Below are positions 19,191 to 30,029 of a stretch of DNA of 64,000 nucleotides, piece by piece. Within the stretch, counting starts at the first letter, position 1. Each line of letters opens with the position of its first letter. The notes under the pieces are model-generated. The model did not search any database. It was not told the DNA's origin and saw only the letters and a list, made by a program, of their open reading frames with translations. Location: positions 1,888,001 to 1,952,000 of the forward strand of contig CBDDFZ010000001.1 of the NCBI GenBank assembly GCA_965227515.1, in the 5' to 3' direction. The stretch is from Alphaproteobacteria bacterium. Lineage in GTDB: Bacteria; Pseudomonadota; Alphaproteobacteria; CALKHQ01. Made by a program: the position numbers and the translations under genes.

Positions 19191-19326
19191 GGCATGGACC
19201 AAGACGGAATAACCCTTCTCTATGGCGCTGAGACAAAGAATCCCAATGAGAAAAGTGCGATTATAGCGACTGAATGAGTCGCGACGGCACGACTATCTGA
19301 TTTACAAGTGCGAGCAGGAGATTTTT

Positions 19327-20475
19327 ATGAGTGCACAGCGCCCTCAAACGGCAACTGAGCCATCTCGTCCTGTCGATGTACACTATCGACGGTTGGATCG
19401 CGAGATCGTATCATTTCCTAATAGTATATCATTTGCGGAGGCTTTGCGGCGAGTATTAAGAGTGAGAACCAATAGCCTTCTCGTGCAGGACGATGTTGGG
19501 CAGAGGGTTCAAAGACAAATTCCCAATCGACTAGGTGATATTCGTTGTTGGAACAATATTGTTGCTGAAGAGGGGCGAGTCTTTGGAACTATTTGTCTAT
19601 ACAGGCCGGCTGAGTTACAGGCAGTAATTCAGGCTAGAGGGATTGACGGTGTTGTGAGTGCTTATCCATTATCTCAAATCGGCGAAACAAATGGTGGAGA
19701 TTTCTTGAGAGCTATTTCGTACTGGATGTCCTTCGAAGATCATTTTTATTTGATACAATCGTCGTCGTTGCAAACCAGTGCGATGGAGAATTACTTTAGT
19801 TGGCTTCTCCAACGACATGGAATTCTGGAGTCTGGGCAGTCTGTTGGCATGAGTGTTGCGTTAGATCGTGATGCTATTGGTGGTGATCTTGAAGATTTAA
19901 GCTCTCTAAACGTCGGTGGAAGTCTTGCGCCACCAACGGATGGTGATTTGGATGGAAACGAAGATTCATTAGTATCGCATCCAGGCGTGGATATCCAATT
20001 GAGTGATGGTTCAGGTCGTCGTGAGCGCCGCCGGATCGGTCGTGGTCGCCAGATCCTGCCAAATGCATGGGATTTGCTGCACAACGTAATGCATGACCAA
20101 AGGTCTTTGGAGGAGGTTGAGGACGCGTACCGGGACCTTCGTCGGGCGGACCCCAATGCCACCCTTGACGCAGAGTTGGAGTTTTTCGTCCGAATTCGGC
20201 GGAGAACGGACACCGGTCGGTCGGCTCGTCAGCGCGCCCTTCAAGCCATAAGCAATGGACTCCGTGATCTGCCTGATGGCACCGTGACTGCGAAGGGGGA
20301 CGGTGGTACTGTAAGGGGAAAAGAGGTTCGGCTGAAGATGCCGCGCCGCATCAAGCTCGCGCGTCCGCCGCTTGGCGCTCCAGAGGGTGCTCAAAGTTCG
20401 TTGCTGGACCTTGACCACGCGTTTCACGAAATCAAATTAGTGCATGATCGGTTTGTTGAGGATGGCAGAATTTAG
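19327..20475 (+). CDS. Hypothetical 382-aa soluble protein (candidate defence sensor)
   Basis: AGGAG RBS; long ORF in AT-rich DNA; no recognisable catalytic motif; 3 nt from next gene. Confidence 0.85.
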   Translation: MSAQRPQTATEPSRPVDVHYRRLDREIVSFPNSISFAEALRRVLRVRTNSLLVQDDVGQRVQRQIPNRLGDIRCWNNIVAEEGRVFGTICLYRPAELQAVIQARGIDGVVSAYPLSQIGETNGGDFLRAISYWMSFEDHFYLIQSSSLQTSAMENYFSWLLQRHGILESGQSVGMSVALDRDAIGGDLEDLSSLNVGGSLAPPTDGDLDGNEDSLVSHPGVDIQLSDGSGRRERRRIGRGRQILPNAWDLLHNVMHDQRSLEEVEDAYRDLRRADPNATLDAELEFFVRIRRRTDTGRSARQRALQAISNGLRDLPDGTVTAKGDGGTVRGKEVRLKMPRRIKLARPPLGAPEGAQSSLLDLDHAFHEIKLVHDRFVEDGRI

Positions 20476-20478
20476 CGA

Positions 20479-21066
20479 ATGCAAGTAAGAAAAGGAGGAT
20501 TGATTTTTGGCCTAGTCGCCCAGATATCAATTTGGGGGATCGCGGTATTATGTTTTTTTTACGTTTCATTTCCTGTTTGGGAAAGCGCCTCATCGAGTCT
20601 GATAACAGCATTATCTCTATTCACCGGTGCAATATTGCTGCGTGTCATGAGGCCTTTTCCCGTTATGGATTCGGACGGGTTTGAAGATTTAGAGGAAATA
20701 GAAACGCTTGAAAGCTCTTTGAGACATGCAATGAGAGCGCTAGCTTTTGCGGCAGCGTTAGCAGGTATTGTAATTGGCCTTTTAGTTTTCCGCAAATCGC
20801 TCATATATATTACTACAGGAATAACAGAAATAGATGAATTGAGAGGCGAGGTTTATTCTGGAGCTTTAGGATTTATGATAATGTTTATTGTCTATAGGTT
20901 GGTGTATGTTGTGAGGTTGGATTTTTCTGTATTGCGACGACAGGCAAAATCAGTGAAAAATGCGTATAAAAGGAAGCGAGGTCGCGAGGAAATCGAATAT
21001 AGACGCAAGAGTGATGATCTAGACTACTCATATCGAGATACTGCAAAATATCCCGGTCGCAATTAG
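20479..21066 (+). CDS. Hypothetical 195-aa membrane protein with four predicted TM helices
   Basis: Four hydrophobic stretches, acidic loop, basic C-terminal tail; very AT-rich. Confidence 0.85.
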   Translation: MQVRKGGLIFGLVAQISIWGIAVLCFFYVSFPVWESASSSLITALSLFTGAILLRVMRPFPVMDSDGFEDLEEIETLESSLRHAMRALAFAAALAGIVIGLLVFRKSLIYITTGITEIDELRGEVYSGALGFMIMFIVYRLVYVVRLDFSVLRRQAKSVKNAYKRKRGREEIEYRRKSDDLDYSYRDTAKYPGRN

Positions 21067-21139
21067 GGTTACAAATCGTCAAGTCAAGTGTGAAATACCC
21101 CACTCCCCTCTCCCCCCATCCCGCCCTATAATCCCCCGC

Positions 21140-23356
<2,217 letters not shown>

Positions 23357-23381
23357 GCGCGGGGGTACTCTCCCACACTGC

Positions 23382-23487
23382 CGTCATGCCCGGGACGGCC
23401 CCCGCGAGGGGGTCGAGACCCGGGTATCCACGACTTGCCATCGTCCGACGAAAGACGTGGATGCGCGGATCAAGTCCGCGCATGACG
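23382..23487. repeat. CGTC-type REP-like repeat (family A, copy 4, extra nested hairpin)
   Basis: CGTCATGCCCGGG...CCCGGGTATCCACG...CGTGGATGCGCGGA..TCCGCGCATGACG. Confidence 0.85.
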
Positions 23488-23630
23488 GACAACACGAGGC
23501 CCATAGCAGCTGAAATGTAGATGGGCTAACGGCCCTTGTTTGGTGGCGTGCATGAGTGGTCGTCCCTCAAGATGTCGGTGTCATACACGGAGTCGGGTTT
23601 GCCGCTCCAAGACATCGAGGAGAGACGACC

Positions 23631-24674
23631 ATGAACTACTATGCCGGGATTGACGTTTCTTTGGAATGGTCATCGGTGTGCGTTGTTGACGGCGCGGGCG
23701 GGATTGTCTGCGAGGCTCGTATTGCGAGCACGCCGGCGGGTTTGTTGTTGTGGTTTGGGTCTTTGGGGATTTCGGTTGAGCGGATTGGTCTTGAGGCGGG
23801 GCCGTTGTCGCAATGGCTTGTGCGGGGATGTAGCGAGGGCGGTCTTTCGGTTGAGTTGCTGGAGACGCGTCATGTTGCGCGGGCCCTTTCGACGATGCCG
23901 GTGAAGTCGGACCGCTCGGACGCACGCGGGATTGCTCAGCTGATGCGTGTGGGCTGGTTTCGTCCGGTTCACTGCAAGTCTTTGGCGGCCCAGGAGATGC
24001 GGGCCCTTTTGAAGGGTCGCGACCAGCTCCGCGCGAAGCTGCACGATCTTGAGATGCACCTTCGTGGTCAGCTGCGGAACTTCGGGCTGAAGGTAGGGCA
24101 CACCACCAGGCGCAGCTTTTCGACACGTATTTCGGAGCTTGTGGCGGGGCATCCGGTACTGGAGGCGGTGGCGGGGGCGCTGCTGTCGGCACGCGATGGC
24201 CTGTTGCTATCGTTCACGGCGCTGGACCGGCAGGTCCGAGCGGCATCGCAGGCGGACGATCGCGCTCGCCTGCTGATGACGGTGCCGGGCGTGGGGAGCA
24301 TTGTCGGACTGACCTACTTGTCGGGAGTGGACGACCCCGGGCGGTTTGCCTCGTCGCGCCTGGTGGGGGCGCACTTCGGCCTGACGCCGACCAAGCGCCA
24401 GTCGGGCGAGAGCGAGATGACGGGGCGGATCTCGAAGGTGGGCGATGCGGACGTGCGTGCAGCGCTTTACGAGGCGGCGCACGTAATCCTGACCCGGCCG
24501 ATCAAGGGCGGGTGGTTGAAGAGCTGGGCGATGAAGCTGGCCAGGCGAGCCGGCATGAGGAAGGCGAAGGTCGCGCTGGCGCGCCGGCTGGCCGTGATCA
24601 TGCACCGGATGTGGGTTGACGGCACCGCGTTCAACCATGCCGGACCGGTGCGCCCGGCGATGGCAGCGGCCTAA
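23631..24674 (+). CDS. IS110 family DEDD recombinase/transposase
   Basis: GIDVS, LEAG, KSDRSDA (DEDD); VPGVG; GLTP..RQSG serine motif; KAKVALARRL. Confidence 0.97.
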   Translation: MNYYAGIDVSLEWSSVCVVDGAGGIVCEARIASTPAGLLLWFGSLGISVERIGLEAGPLSQWLVRGCSEGGLSVELLETRHVARALSTMPVKSDRSDARGIAQLMRVGWFRPVHCKSLAAQEMRALLKGRDQLRAKLHDLEMHLRGQLRNFGLKVGHTTRRSFSTRISELVAGHPVLEAVAGALLSARDGLLLSFTALDRQVRAASQADDRARLLMTVPGVGSIVGLTYLSGVDDPGRFASSRLVGAHFGLTPTKRQSGESEMTGRISKVGDADVRAALYEAAHVILTRPIKGGWLKSWAMKLARRAGMRKAKVALARRLAVIMHRMWVDGTAFNHAGPVRPAMAAA

Positions 24675-24749
24675 TGGCAAAGACGACCGCCGCATAGGGA
24701 GAACCAGCACACGAGCTTCGGCGGGCGCAGACACCGGCCCGTCAAGCGC

Positions 24750-24910
24750 CGTCCCGCGCCGGGACGATGGATCAGGTCAGGCCGCCATCCAGGATGTCGC
24801 CTCGCACGAGAGCACGCTTCCGTAGATTGGACCGACCGATCCTCGCATATCCATCTTGGTGGCGGCCGTGCGCCGACCCCGTACAGAAGCATGACCCAGG
24901 CGCCGGGACG
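24750..24910 (+). ncRNA. Predicted bridge/seek RNA of the IS1111-type element
   Basis: 5' hairpin plus two predicted internal loops carrying matches to both target sides and both circle-junction sides; ends approximate. Confidence 0.7.
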
Positions 24911-24949
24911 ACGAAAAAGGGATTGACCAACAATGGCCCGTTACAGAAG

Positions 24950-25031
24950 CCTGGGTGGAGCGTAGCGAAACCCGGGAATTCATCGTCTGGGGCAAGGTTC
25001 CCCGGGTTGCACTTCGTTCCACCCGGGCTAC
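24950..25031. repeat. Inverted pair of GTAG-type REPs; first copy split by the IS (its GTAG is at 23517-23520)
   Basis: [GTAG]CCTGGGTGGAGCGTAGCGAAACCCGGGA versus reverse complement GTAGCCCGGGTGGAACGAAGTGCAACCCGGGGA. Confidence 0.88.
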
Positions 25032-25039
25032 GGGCCAAT

Positions 25040-25162
25040 TGTCATCCTCGGCCGAAGCCCAAGAGCACTTGGGCGGAGCGCCGGGGATCCATGGTTGACC
25101 TCGCGCGATGCCTGGAATGGATCCTCGCCACTCGGTCCTTTGGACCTCGGGCAAGGATGACA
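25040..25162. repeat. Divergent family A-like repeat (TGTCATCCT...AGGATGACA)
   Basis: Terminal inverted repeats, GGATCCAT...ATGGATCC inner stem, nested hairpins. Confidence 0.7.
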
Positions 25163-25185
25163 ATGAGAGGAGGAGAGGGCGCCCC

Positions 25186-25872
25186 CTACAACAACGTCGC
25201 CTGGCGCTGGTGGGGCGCGATGCAGGCGGGCGTGTCGTTGCGCACGTTGTTGACAACGGTGTCGACCTCGTAGGCGGTCAGCGCCTCATCCGGGAACGGG
25301 CCGATCAGCGCGGCGGCGGCGTCGCGGTCGCCATGCAGCCACTGGTCGTGGTCGGCCGGGTCCAGCATCACCGGCATGCGCGGGTGGATGTGGGCGATGG
25401 CGTCGCTGGCGGTGGTGGTGACGATGGTGAACGTCTCGACGGGCTGCGCATCTGGGTCGTCGCGGTCGCGCCAGTGCTCCCACAGCCCGGCGAAGGCGAA
25501 AGGTCCGCCGTCGGCGAGTGTGATGCGATAGGGCTGCTTGCCACCCTCCATCTTGCGCCATTCGTAGAAGCCGTCGGCCACCACCAGGCAGCGCCGGTCC
25601 TTGAACGCGGCGCGGAACATCGGCTTCTCCGCCACCGTCTCGCCGCGCGCGTTGATCGCCTTGTTGCCGATGGCCAGGTCCTTCGCCCAGGCCGGCACCA
25701 GGCCCCAGCGCAGCATGTCGAGCGCGCGGCCACCCTCGCGGTTCAGGCGCACGACCGGCGCGTCCTGGGTCGGCGCCACGTTGTAGCGCGGCTGGAAGTT
25801 CAGCCCGCTGGTCACGTCGAACAGCGTCCGCACCGAGTCCAGCGGCGTGGTGATGGAGTAGCGCCCGCACAT
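25186..25872 (-). CDS. SOS response-associated peptidase (SRAP/YedK/HMCES family)
   Basis: MCGRY start, RYNVAPTQ, WGLVP, INARGET, DGFYEW, IHPRMP. Confidence 0.96.
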   Translation of the reverse strand: MCGRYSITTPLDSVRTLFDVTSGLNFQPRYNVAPTQDAPVVRLNREGGRALDMLRWGLVPAWAKDLAIGNKAINARGETVAEKPMFRAAFKDRRCLVVADGFYEWRKMEGGKQPYRITLADGGPFAFAGLWEHWRDRDDPDAQPVETFTIVTTTASDAIAHIHPRMPVMLDPADHDQWLHGDRDAAAALIGPFPDEALTAYEVDTVVNNVRNDTPACIAPHQRQATLL

Positions 25873-25952
25873 ACCAGCAGTATAGGCAATGGCGGACGCC
25901 GGTTGGCGGCAAACTTCGCTGGCTCTGGCCAGCCGGTCGGTTACCGGCCGTG

Positions 25953-26468
25953 TCACCCGTCCGCGCCGCGCTGGCCGAACCAGCCATGCACGGTGCTGAT
26001 CCAGATGAAGACCATCGGGACGGTCAGCACCAGAATGGCGTTGGTCGTGATGCCATCCTCGATCGGCCACTCCGGATCGTAATTGAGTAGCCAGTCGATC
26101 AACGCGCCATAGAACAGCGGCAGCAGGACGTAGTTCAGCCATCCGGAGCTGCGCTCGAGCACGCGCACCCGTATGGGGGTGTAGACGTCGGCGTCGGAGA
26201 GGTGGGCGTAGTGGCGTCGATAGACCAGGCCCAGATAGACCGGCGCGGCGGCCCAGAACCCGCCAACCAGCCACGGCAGTGCCGAGAAAGGTGCCTCGTA
26301 GGGCGAGCGCTCCGCGGTGCCGATCAGCCCTTGCGCCGCGCCGGTCAGGGCCTGGCCGTTCAGCTCGGCCAGCACCAGGGTTGCGAACAGGGCAAGCGGG
26401 TAGACCACCGTCACCAGCGACAGGTCCAGGTACCACTTGCCCGCAATCGTCTTCGGCCGCCGTGTCAT
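25953..26468 (-). CDS. Hypothetical membrane protein (about 4 TM)
   Basis: Host-like codon usage; hydrophobic segments; start uncertain. Confidence 0.7.
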   Translation of the reverse strand: MTRRPKTIAGKWYLDLSLVTVVYPLALFATLVLAELNGQALTGAAQGLIGTAERSPYEAPFSALPWLVGGFWAAAPVYLGLVYRRHYAHLSDADVYTPIRVRVLERSSGWLNYVLLPLFYGALIDWLLNYDPEWPIEDGITTNAILVLTVPMVFIWISTVHGWFGQRGADG

Positions 26469-26703
26469 CGGTGCATCTTGGTTCATGGAACGGTGCGGAC
26501 ACGCATTATCCGGTCGGTTCCAAAACCAAGCGTAAAGGACGCGCGCGGGCCTGTGGCAAAGGTGCCAGCGGTGCCTTTCGGCCACACAAATCTTTGCGCG
26601 TGGCGGCGCTTCGGGCCATATAGGGGTCGCATTCCGGCGGCGCGGACCAAATATAACTGGTTCGCCTTCCAAGCACGTCCGCCAACCCGAACGGGGCCTC
26701 CGC

Positions 26704-27117
26704 ATGTTATCCAAGACCGATGAAGACTACCGCCGCGAGCTGACGCCGCTGCAATACCAGGTGACGCGCCAGGGGGGCACCGAACGGCCGTTCAAGAACG
26801 AGTATTGGGACTGCAAGGACCAGGGCATCTATCTGTGCCGCTGCTGCGATGCGCCGCTGTTCTCGTCGGACGACAAGTTCGACAGCGGCACAGGCTGGCC
26901 GTCCTTCACGCGGTCGATCTCCCGCGAGGCGGTGGACGCCAACGTGGACACCAGCCACGGCATGGTCCGCACCGAGGTAGTGTGCGCCGGCTGCCGTGCC
27001 CACCTGGGCCATGTGTTCCCTGACGGGCCGCCGCCGACCGAGCGGCGCTTTTGCATGAACTCGGCGTCGCTGAAACTGCAGCCGAAGGGGCAGGCGGGCG
27101 AGGGCGAGGCCGCTTGA
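26704..27117 (+). CDS. msrB: Peptide-methionine (R)-S-oxide reductase
   Basis: GTERPF, KFDSGTGWPSF, HLGHVFPDGP, RFCMNS. Confidence 0.97.
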   Translation: MLSKTDEDYRRELTPLQYQVTRQGGTERPFKNEYWDCKDQGIYLCRCCDAPLFSSDDKFDSGTGWPSFTRSISREAVDANVDTSHGMVRTEVVCAGCRAHLGHVFPDGPPPTERRFCMNSASLKLQPKGQAGEGEAA

Positions 27118-27223
27118 GCCAAGCGTCACTGCGTTTCGATCAGGGCAGAGGTTCCAGGAAGGTGCGCTGCATGCCGTCGTTCTGCCGTTCCGCCGATGGC
27201 CGTCGCGTCGGGCCTGGCTGCCG

Positions 27224-28228
27224 ATGATTGCCGCCGCGCAACTGATCGGCGGCTTTCTGCTGTTGCTGTTCGGGGCCGAGCTGCTGGTGCGCGGCGCGGC
27301 CGGCATCGCCAAGCGCCTGGGCGTTTCGACCATGATCATCGGCGTTACGGTGGTGGCCTATGGCACCACGGCGCCGGAGTTCGTCGTCAGTGTCGACGCC
27401 ACCATCGGCGGGTCGACCGGGCTGGCCATCGGCAACGTCGTCGGCTCCAACATCGCCAACGTGCTCCTGATCCTGGGGTGCGCCGGCCTGATTGCGCCGA
27501 TCAGCCGGCCGAAGCAATCGTCTCACCTGGAAGCCAGCATGATGGTCGCGGCGACCGGGCTGTTCGTCCTGCTCGGCCTCTATGGCGTACTCTACTGGTG
27601 GACGGGCGTGGTGCTGTTGCTGCTGCTGGTCGGCAGCCAGATGGGCGCCTACATGCGCGACCGCCACGTCAATCGGAACGTCAACCACGCCGACCCGCCC
27701 TCCGACACCGAGGCCGAGGCGGCCGAGTTGGCGGCTAGCGCGCGGTTGCCCTGGCCCTATCTGATCGGGCTTTTCGTCGCCGGGCTGGCCGGCGTGCTGG
27801 TCGGCGCACACTTCCTGGTGGAGGGTGCGGTGACGACTGCGCGCACCTTCGGCGTGCCGGAGGCGACCATCGGCCTGACCCTGGTCGCCGTCGGCACCTC
27901 GCTGCCGGAGCTGGCCACCGCCGTGGTGGCGGCGCGGCGCAACCACGCCGAGATGGCGGTCGGCAACGTGATCGGCGCCAATATGTTCAACATGCTGGGG
28001 CTGACCGGCGTGGTCAGCCTGTTCGGGCCGATTGCGATACCGCACGGCATCGCCATCTTCGACCAATGGGTCATGCTGGGTGCTGCGATCGCGGTGCCGG
28101 TGGTGTTCCTGGTGTTCCGGGGGCTTGACCGGCGCATCGCGCTGGTGTTGCTGGCGCTTTATGCCGCGTACGTCTTCGCCCAGTTCCATGGCATGTCCGG
28201 CGTCGCCAACGTCGTGTCGCTGACGTGA
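27224..28228 (+). CDS. Calcium/sodium antiporter (CaCA, YrbG-like)
   Basis: Alpha repeats GTTAPE/GNVVGSN and GTSLPE/GNVIGAN. Confidence 0.93.
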   Translation: MIAAAQLIGGFLLLLFGAELLVRGAAGIAKRLGVSTMIIGVTVVAYGTTAPEFVVSVDATIGGSTGLAIGNVVGSNIANVLLILGCAGLIAPISRPKQSSHLEASMMVAATGLFVLLGLYGVLYWWTGVVLLLLLVGSQMGAYMRDRHVNRNVNHADPPSDTEAEAAELAASARLPWPYLIGLFVAGLAGVLVGAHFLVEGAVTTARTFGVPEATIGLTLVAVGTSLPELATAVVAARRNHAEMAVGNVIGANMFNMLGLTGVVSLFGPIAIPHGIAIFDQWVMLGAAIAVPVVFLVFRGLDRRIALVLLALYAAYVFAQFHGMSGVANVVSLT

Positions 28229-29190
28229 CGGGCGACATCCTTTATGTGATCGGGGGCCTGGTCCTGCTGGTCGGCGGGGGCGAGGTGCTGGTGCGCGGCT
28301 CGGTGGCGCTCGCCCGGCGGCTCGGCATGTCGCCGCTGATGATCGGGCTGACCGTGGTCGCGCTCGGCACTTCCAGCCCCGAGATCGTGGTCTGCGTCAA
28401 CGCGGCCCTCAACAACAGCCCGGGGATCGCCATCGGCAACGTCGTCGGCAGCGACATTGCCAACATCCTGCTGATCCTGGCGATCGGCGCCCTGATCCGG
28501 CCCGTACCGTGCCAGATGGGCACCCTGCGCCGCGACGGCCTGATGCTCACCGTCAGCTCGGCCGTGGTGGCGGTGGTGGCGCTGTTCGGCCTGATCCAGT
28601 GGTGGCAGGGCATCCTGATGCTGGTGGCGCTGGTCGGCTACCTGATGTTCTGCTACGGCGACGAAACCCTCCGTGTGCGCAAGGCCGAGGGCAAGAAAAC
28701 CGACGACGACACCGTGCCGGGGTCGCTGCCGCTGTGGCTGTCGCTGCTGCTGGTGGTGATCGGGCTGGCGGCGCTGATCGGCGGCGCCGAGCTGCTGGTC
28801 GACGGCGCGGTCTCCATCGCCACCGCCCTCGGCGTGTCCGAGGCGGTGATCGGCGTCACCCTGGTGGCGGTTGGCACGTCGCTGCCCGAGCTCGCCATCG
28901 TCGCCGTCGCAGCCTGGCGCGGCCAGTCGGACCTGGTGTTCGGCAATGTCATCGGGTCCAACATTTTCAACAATTTTGGTATCTTGGGCATCACCACGCT
29001 GTTCGCCGACATCCGCGTCGATGTCTCCGCTGTCGCTTTCGACCTGGCGGTGATGGTGGTGGCGGCGATCATGCTGATCCCGATGGCCGCGACCGGGCGG
29101 CGGCTGAACCGGGTGGAGGGCGGCATTCTGATCGCGCTCTACGCCGGGTTCACGGTGCTGAACTTCACCGGCAAGCCGGTACTGCTTTAG
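28225..29190 (+). CDS. Calcium/sodium antiporter, second tandem paralogue
   Basis: GTSSPE/GNVVGSD and GTSLPE/GNVIGSN; GTGA overlap. Confidence 0.93.
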   Translation: MTGDILYVIGGLVLLVGGGEVLVRGSVALARRLGMSPLMIGLTVVALGTSSPEIVVCVNAALNNSPGIAIGNVVGSDIANILLILAIGALIRPVPCQMGTLRRDGLMLTVSSAVVAVVALFGLIQWWQGILMLVALVGYLMFCYGDETLRVRKAEGKKTDDDTVPGSLPLWLSLLLVVIGLAALIGGAELLVDGAVSIATALGVSEAVIGVTLVAVGTSLPELAIVAVAAWRGQSDLVFGNVIGSNIFNNFGILGITTLFADIRVDVSAVAFDLAVMVVAAIMLIPMAATGRRLNRVEGGILIALYAGFTVLNFTGKPVLL

Positions 29191-29203
29191 GGAGCATGCG
29201 GCC

Positions 29204-29992
29204 ATGGCCGACCGACGCTATCACCTGCCCGACATGCCGAGGACGGCCCTGGTGACCGGGGCGGGCAAGCGCGTCGGCCGCGCGATTGCGCTGGCGCTCG
29301 GCGAGGCCGGCTGGTCGGTCGCCGTGCACTACAATGGCTCGCGCGACGCCGCCGAGGAGGTGGCGGAGATGGTGCGCGCCGCCGGTGCCGAGAGCTGCAC
29401 GGTGCAAGCCGACCTGGGCCGCGAGGCGGAGGTCGTGGGCCTGGTGGACGCGGCCGCCGCCGGCATCGGCCCGCTCGGCTGCCTGGTCAACAACGCCTCG
29501 GTGTTCGAGTTCGACGAGGCCCTGACCGCGACCCGCGAGAACTGGGACCTCCACATGGAGGTCAACCTGCGGGCGCCGTTCGTGCTGACCCAGGCGCTCG
29601 CCCGGCAGGTGCCGGACGGCATGCGCGGCCACGTGATCAACATCATCGACCAGCGGGTGCTGAACCAGACGCCGTATTTCACATCCTATTCGGCCAGCAA
29701 GTTCGCGCTGTGGGGCATGACCCAGCAGCTCGCCCTGGCGCTGGGGCCCCTGGTCCAGGTCAACGGCATCGGACCCGGCCCGACCCTGAAGGGCGCCAAC
29801 CAGTCCCAGGAACAGTTCGACCGTCAGAACCGGGAGGTGCCGCTGGGCCATGGTGCCGAGCCATGGGAGATCGCCGACACCGTGCTGTTCCTGCTGGCGT
29901 CGGCGTCGATCACCGGCACGCTGATCCCGGTGGACGGCGGCCAGCACCACGGCTGGGCGCAACCCGGCCAGGAAATCAACCCGACTGATTGA
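29204..29992 (+). CDS. SDR oxidoreductase (pteridine reductase/FolM-like)
   Basis: TGAGKRVG, NNAS, YSASK, VNGIGPG, VDGGQH. Confidence 0.9.
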   Translation: MADRRYHLPDMPRTALVTGAGKRVGRAIALALGEAGWSVAVHYNGSRDAAEEVAEMVRAAGAESCTVQADLGREAEVVGLVDAAAAGIGPLGCLVNNASVFEFDEALTATRENWDLHMEVNLRAPFVLTQALARQVPDGMRGHVINIIDQRVLNQTPYFTSYSASKFALWGMTQQLALALGPLVQVNGIGPGPTLKGANQSQEQFDRQNREVPLGHGAEPWEIADTVLFLLASASITGTLIPVDGGQHHGWAQPGQEINPTD

Positions 29993-30029
29993 CCGCGTGT
30001 GTATGGCGGGCGCCGGCAACGCCGGCCGC

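Larger units (their letters stand above)
23521..24949 (+). mobile_element. IS110-family insertion sequence, IS1111 type
   Basis: Sub-terminal imperfect inverted repeats TAACGGCCCTTGTT (23527-23540) and AACAATGGCCCGTTA (24929-24943); short left end, long right end; AG core on both sides; removal restores a GTAG REP. Confidence 0.92.

Noticed and set aside
18660-21070. Calling the islet a prophage or naming it RexAB/Kiwa
   Set aside because: No phage, integrase or att features; the similarity is architectural only.
24894-24901. ACCCAGGC as the right-target guide
   Set aside because: It is complementary to the target (GCCTGGGT) but lies outside the two-loop model and overlaps a possible closing stem; kept only as an alternative to 24785-24793.
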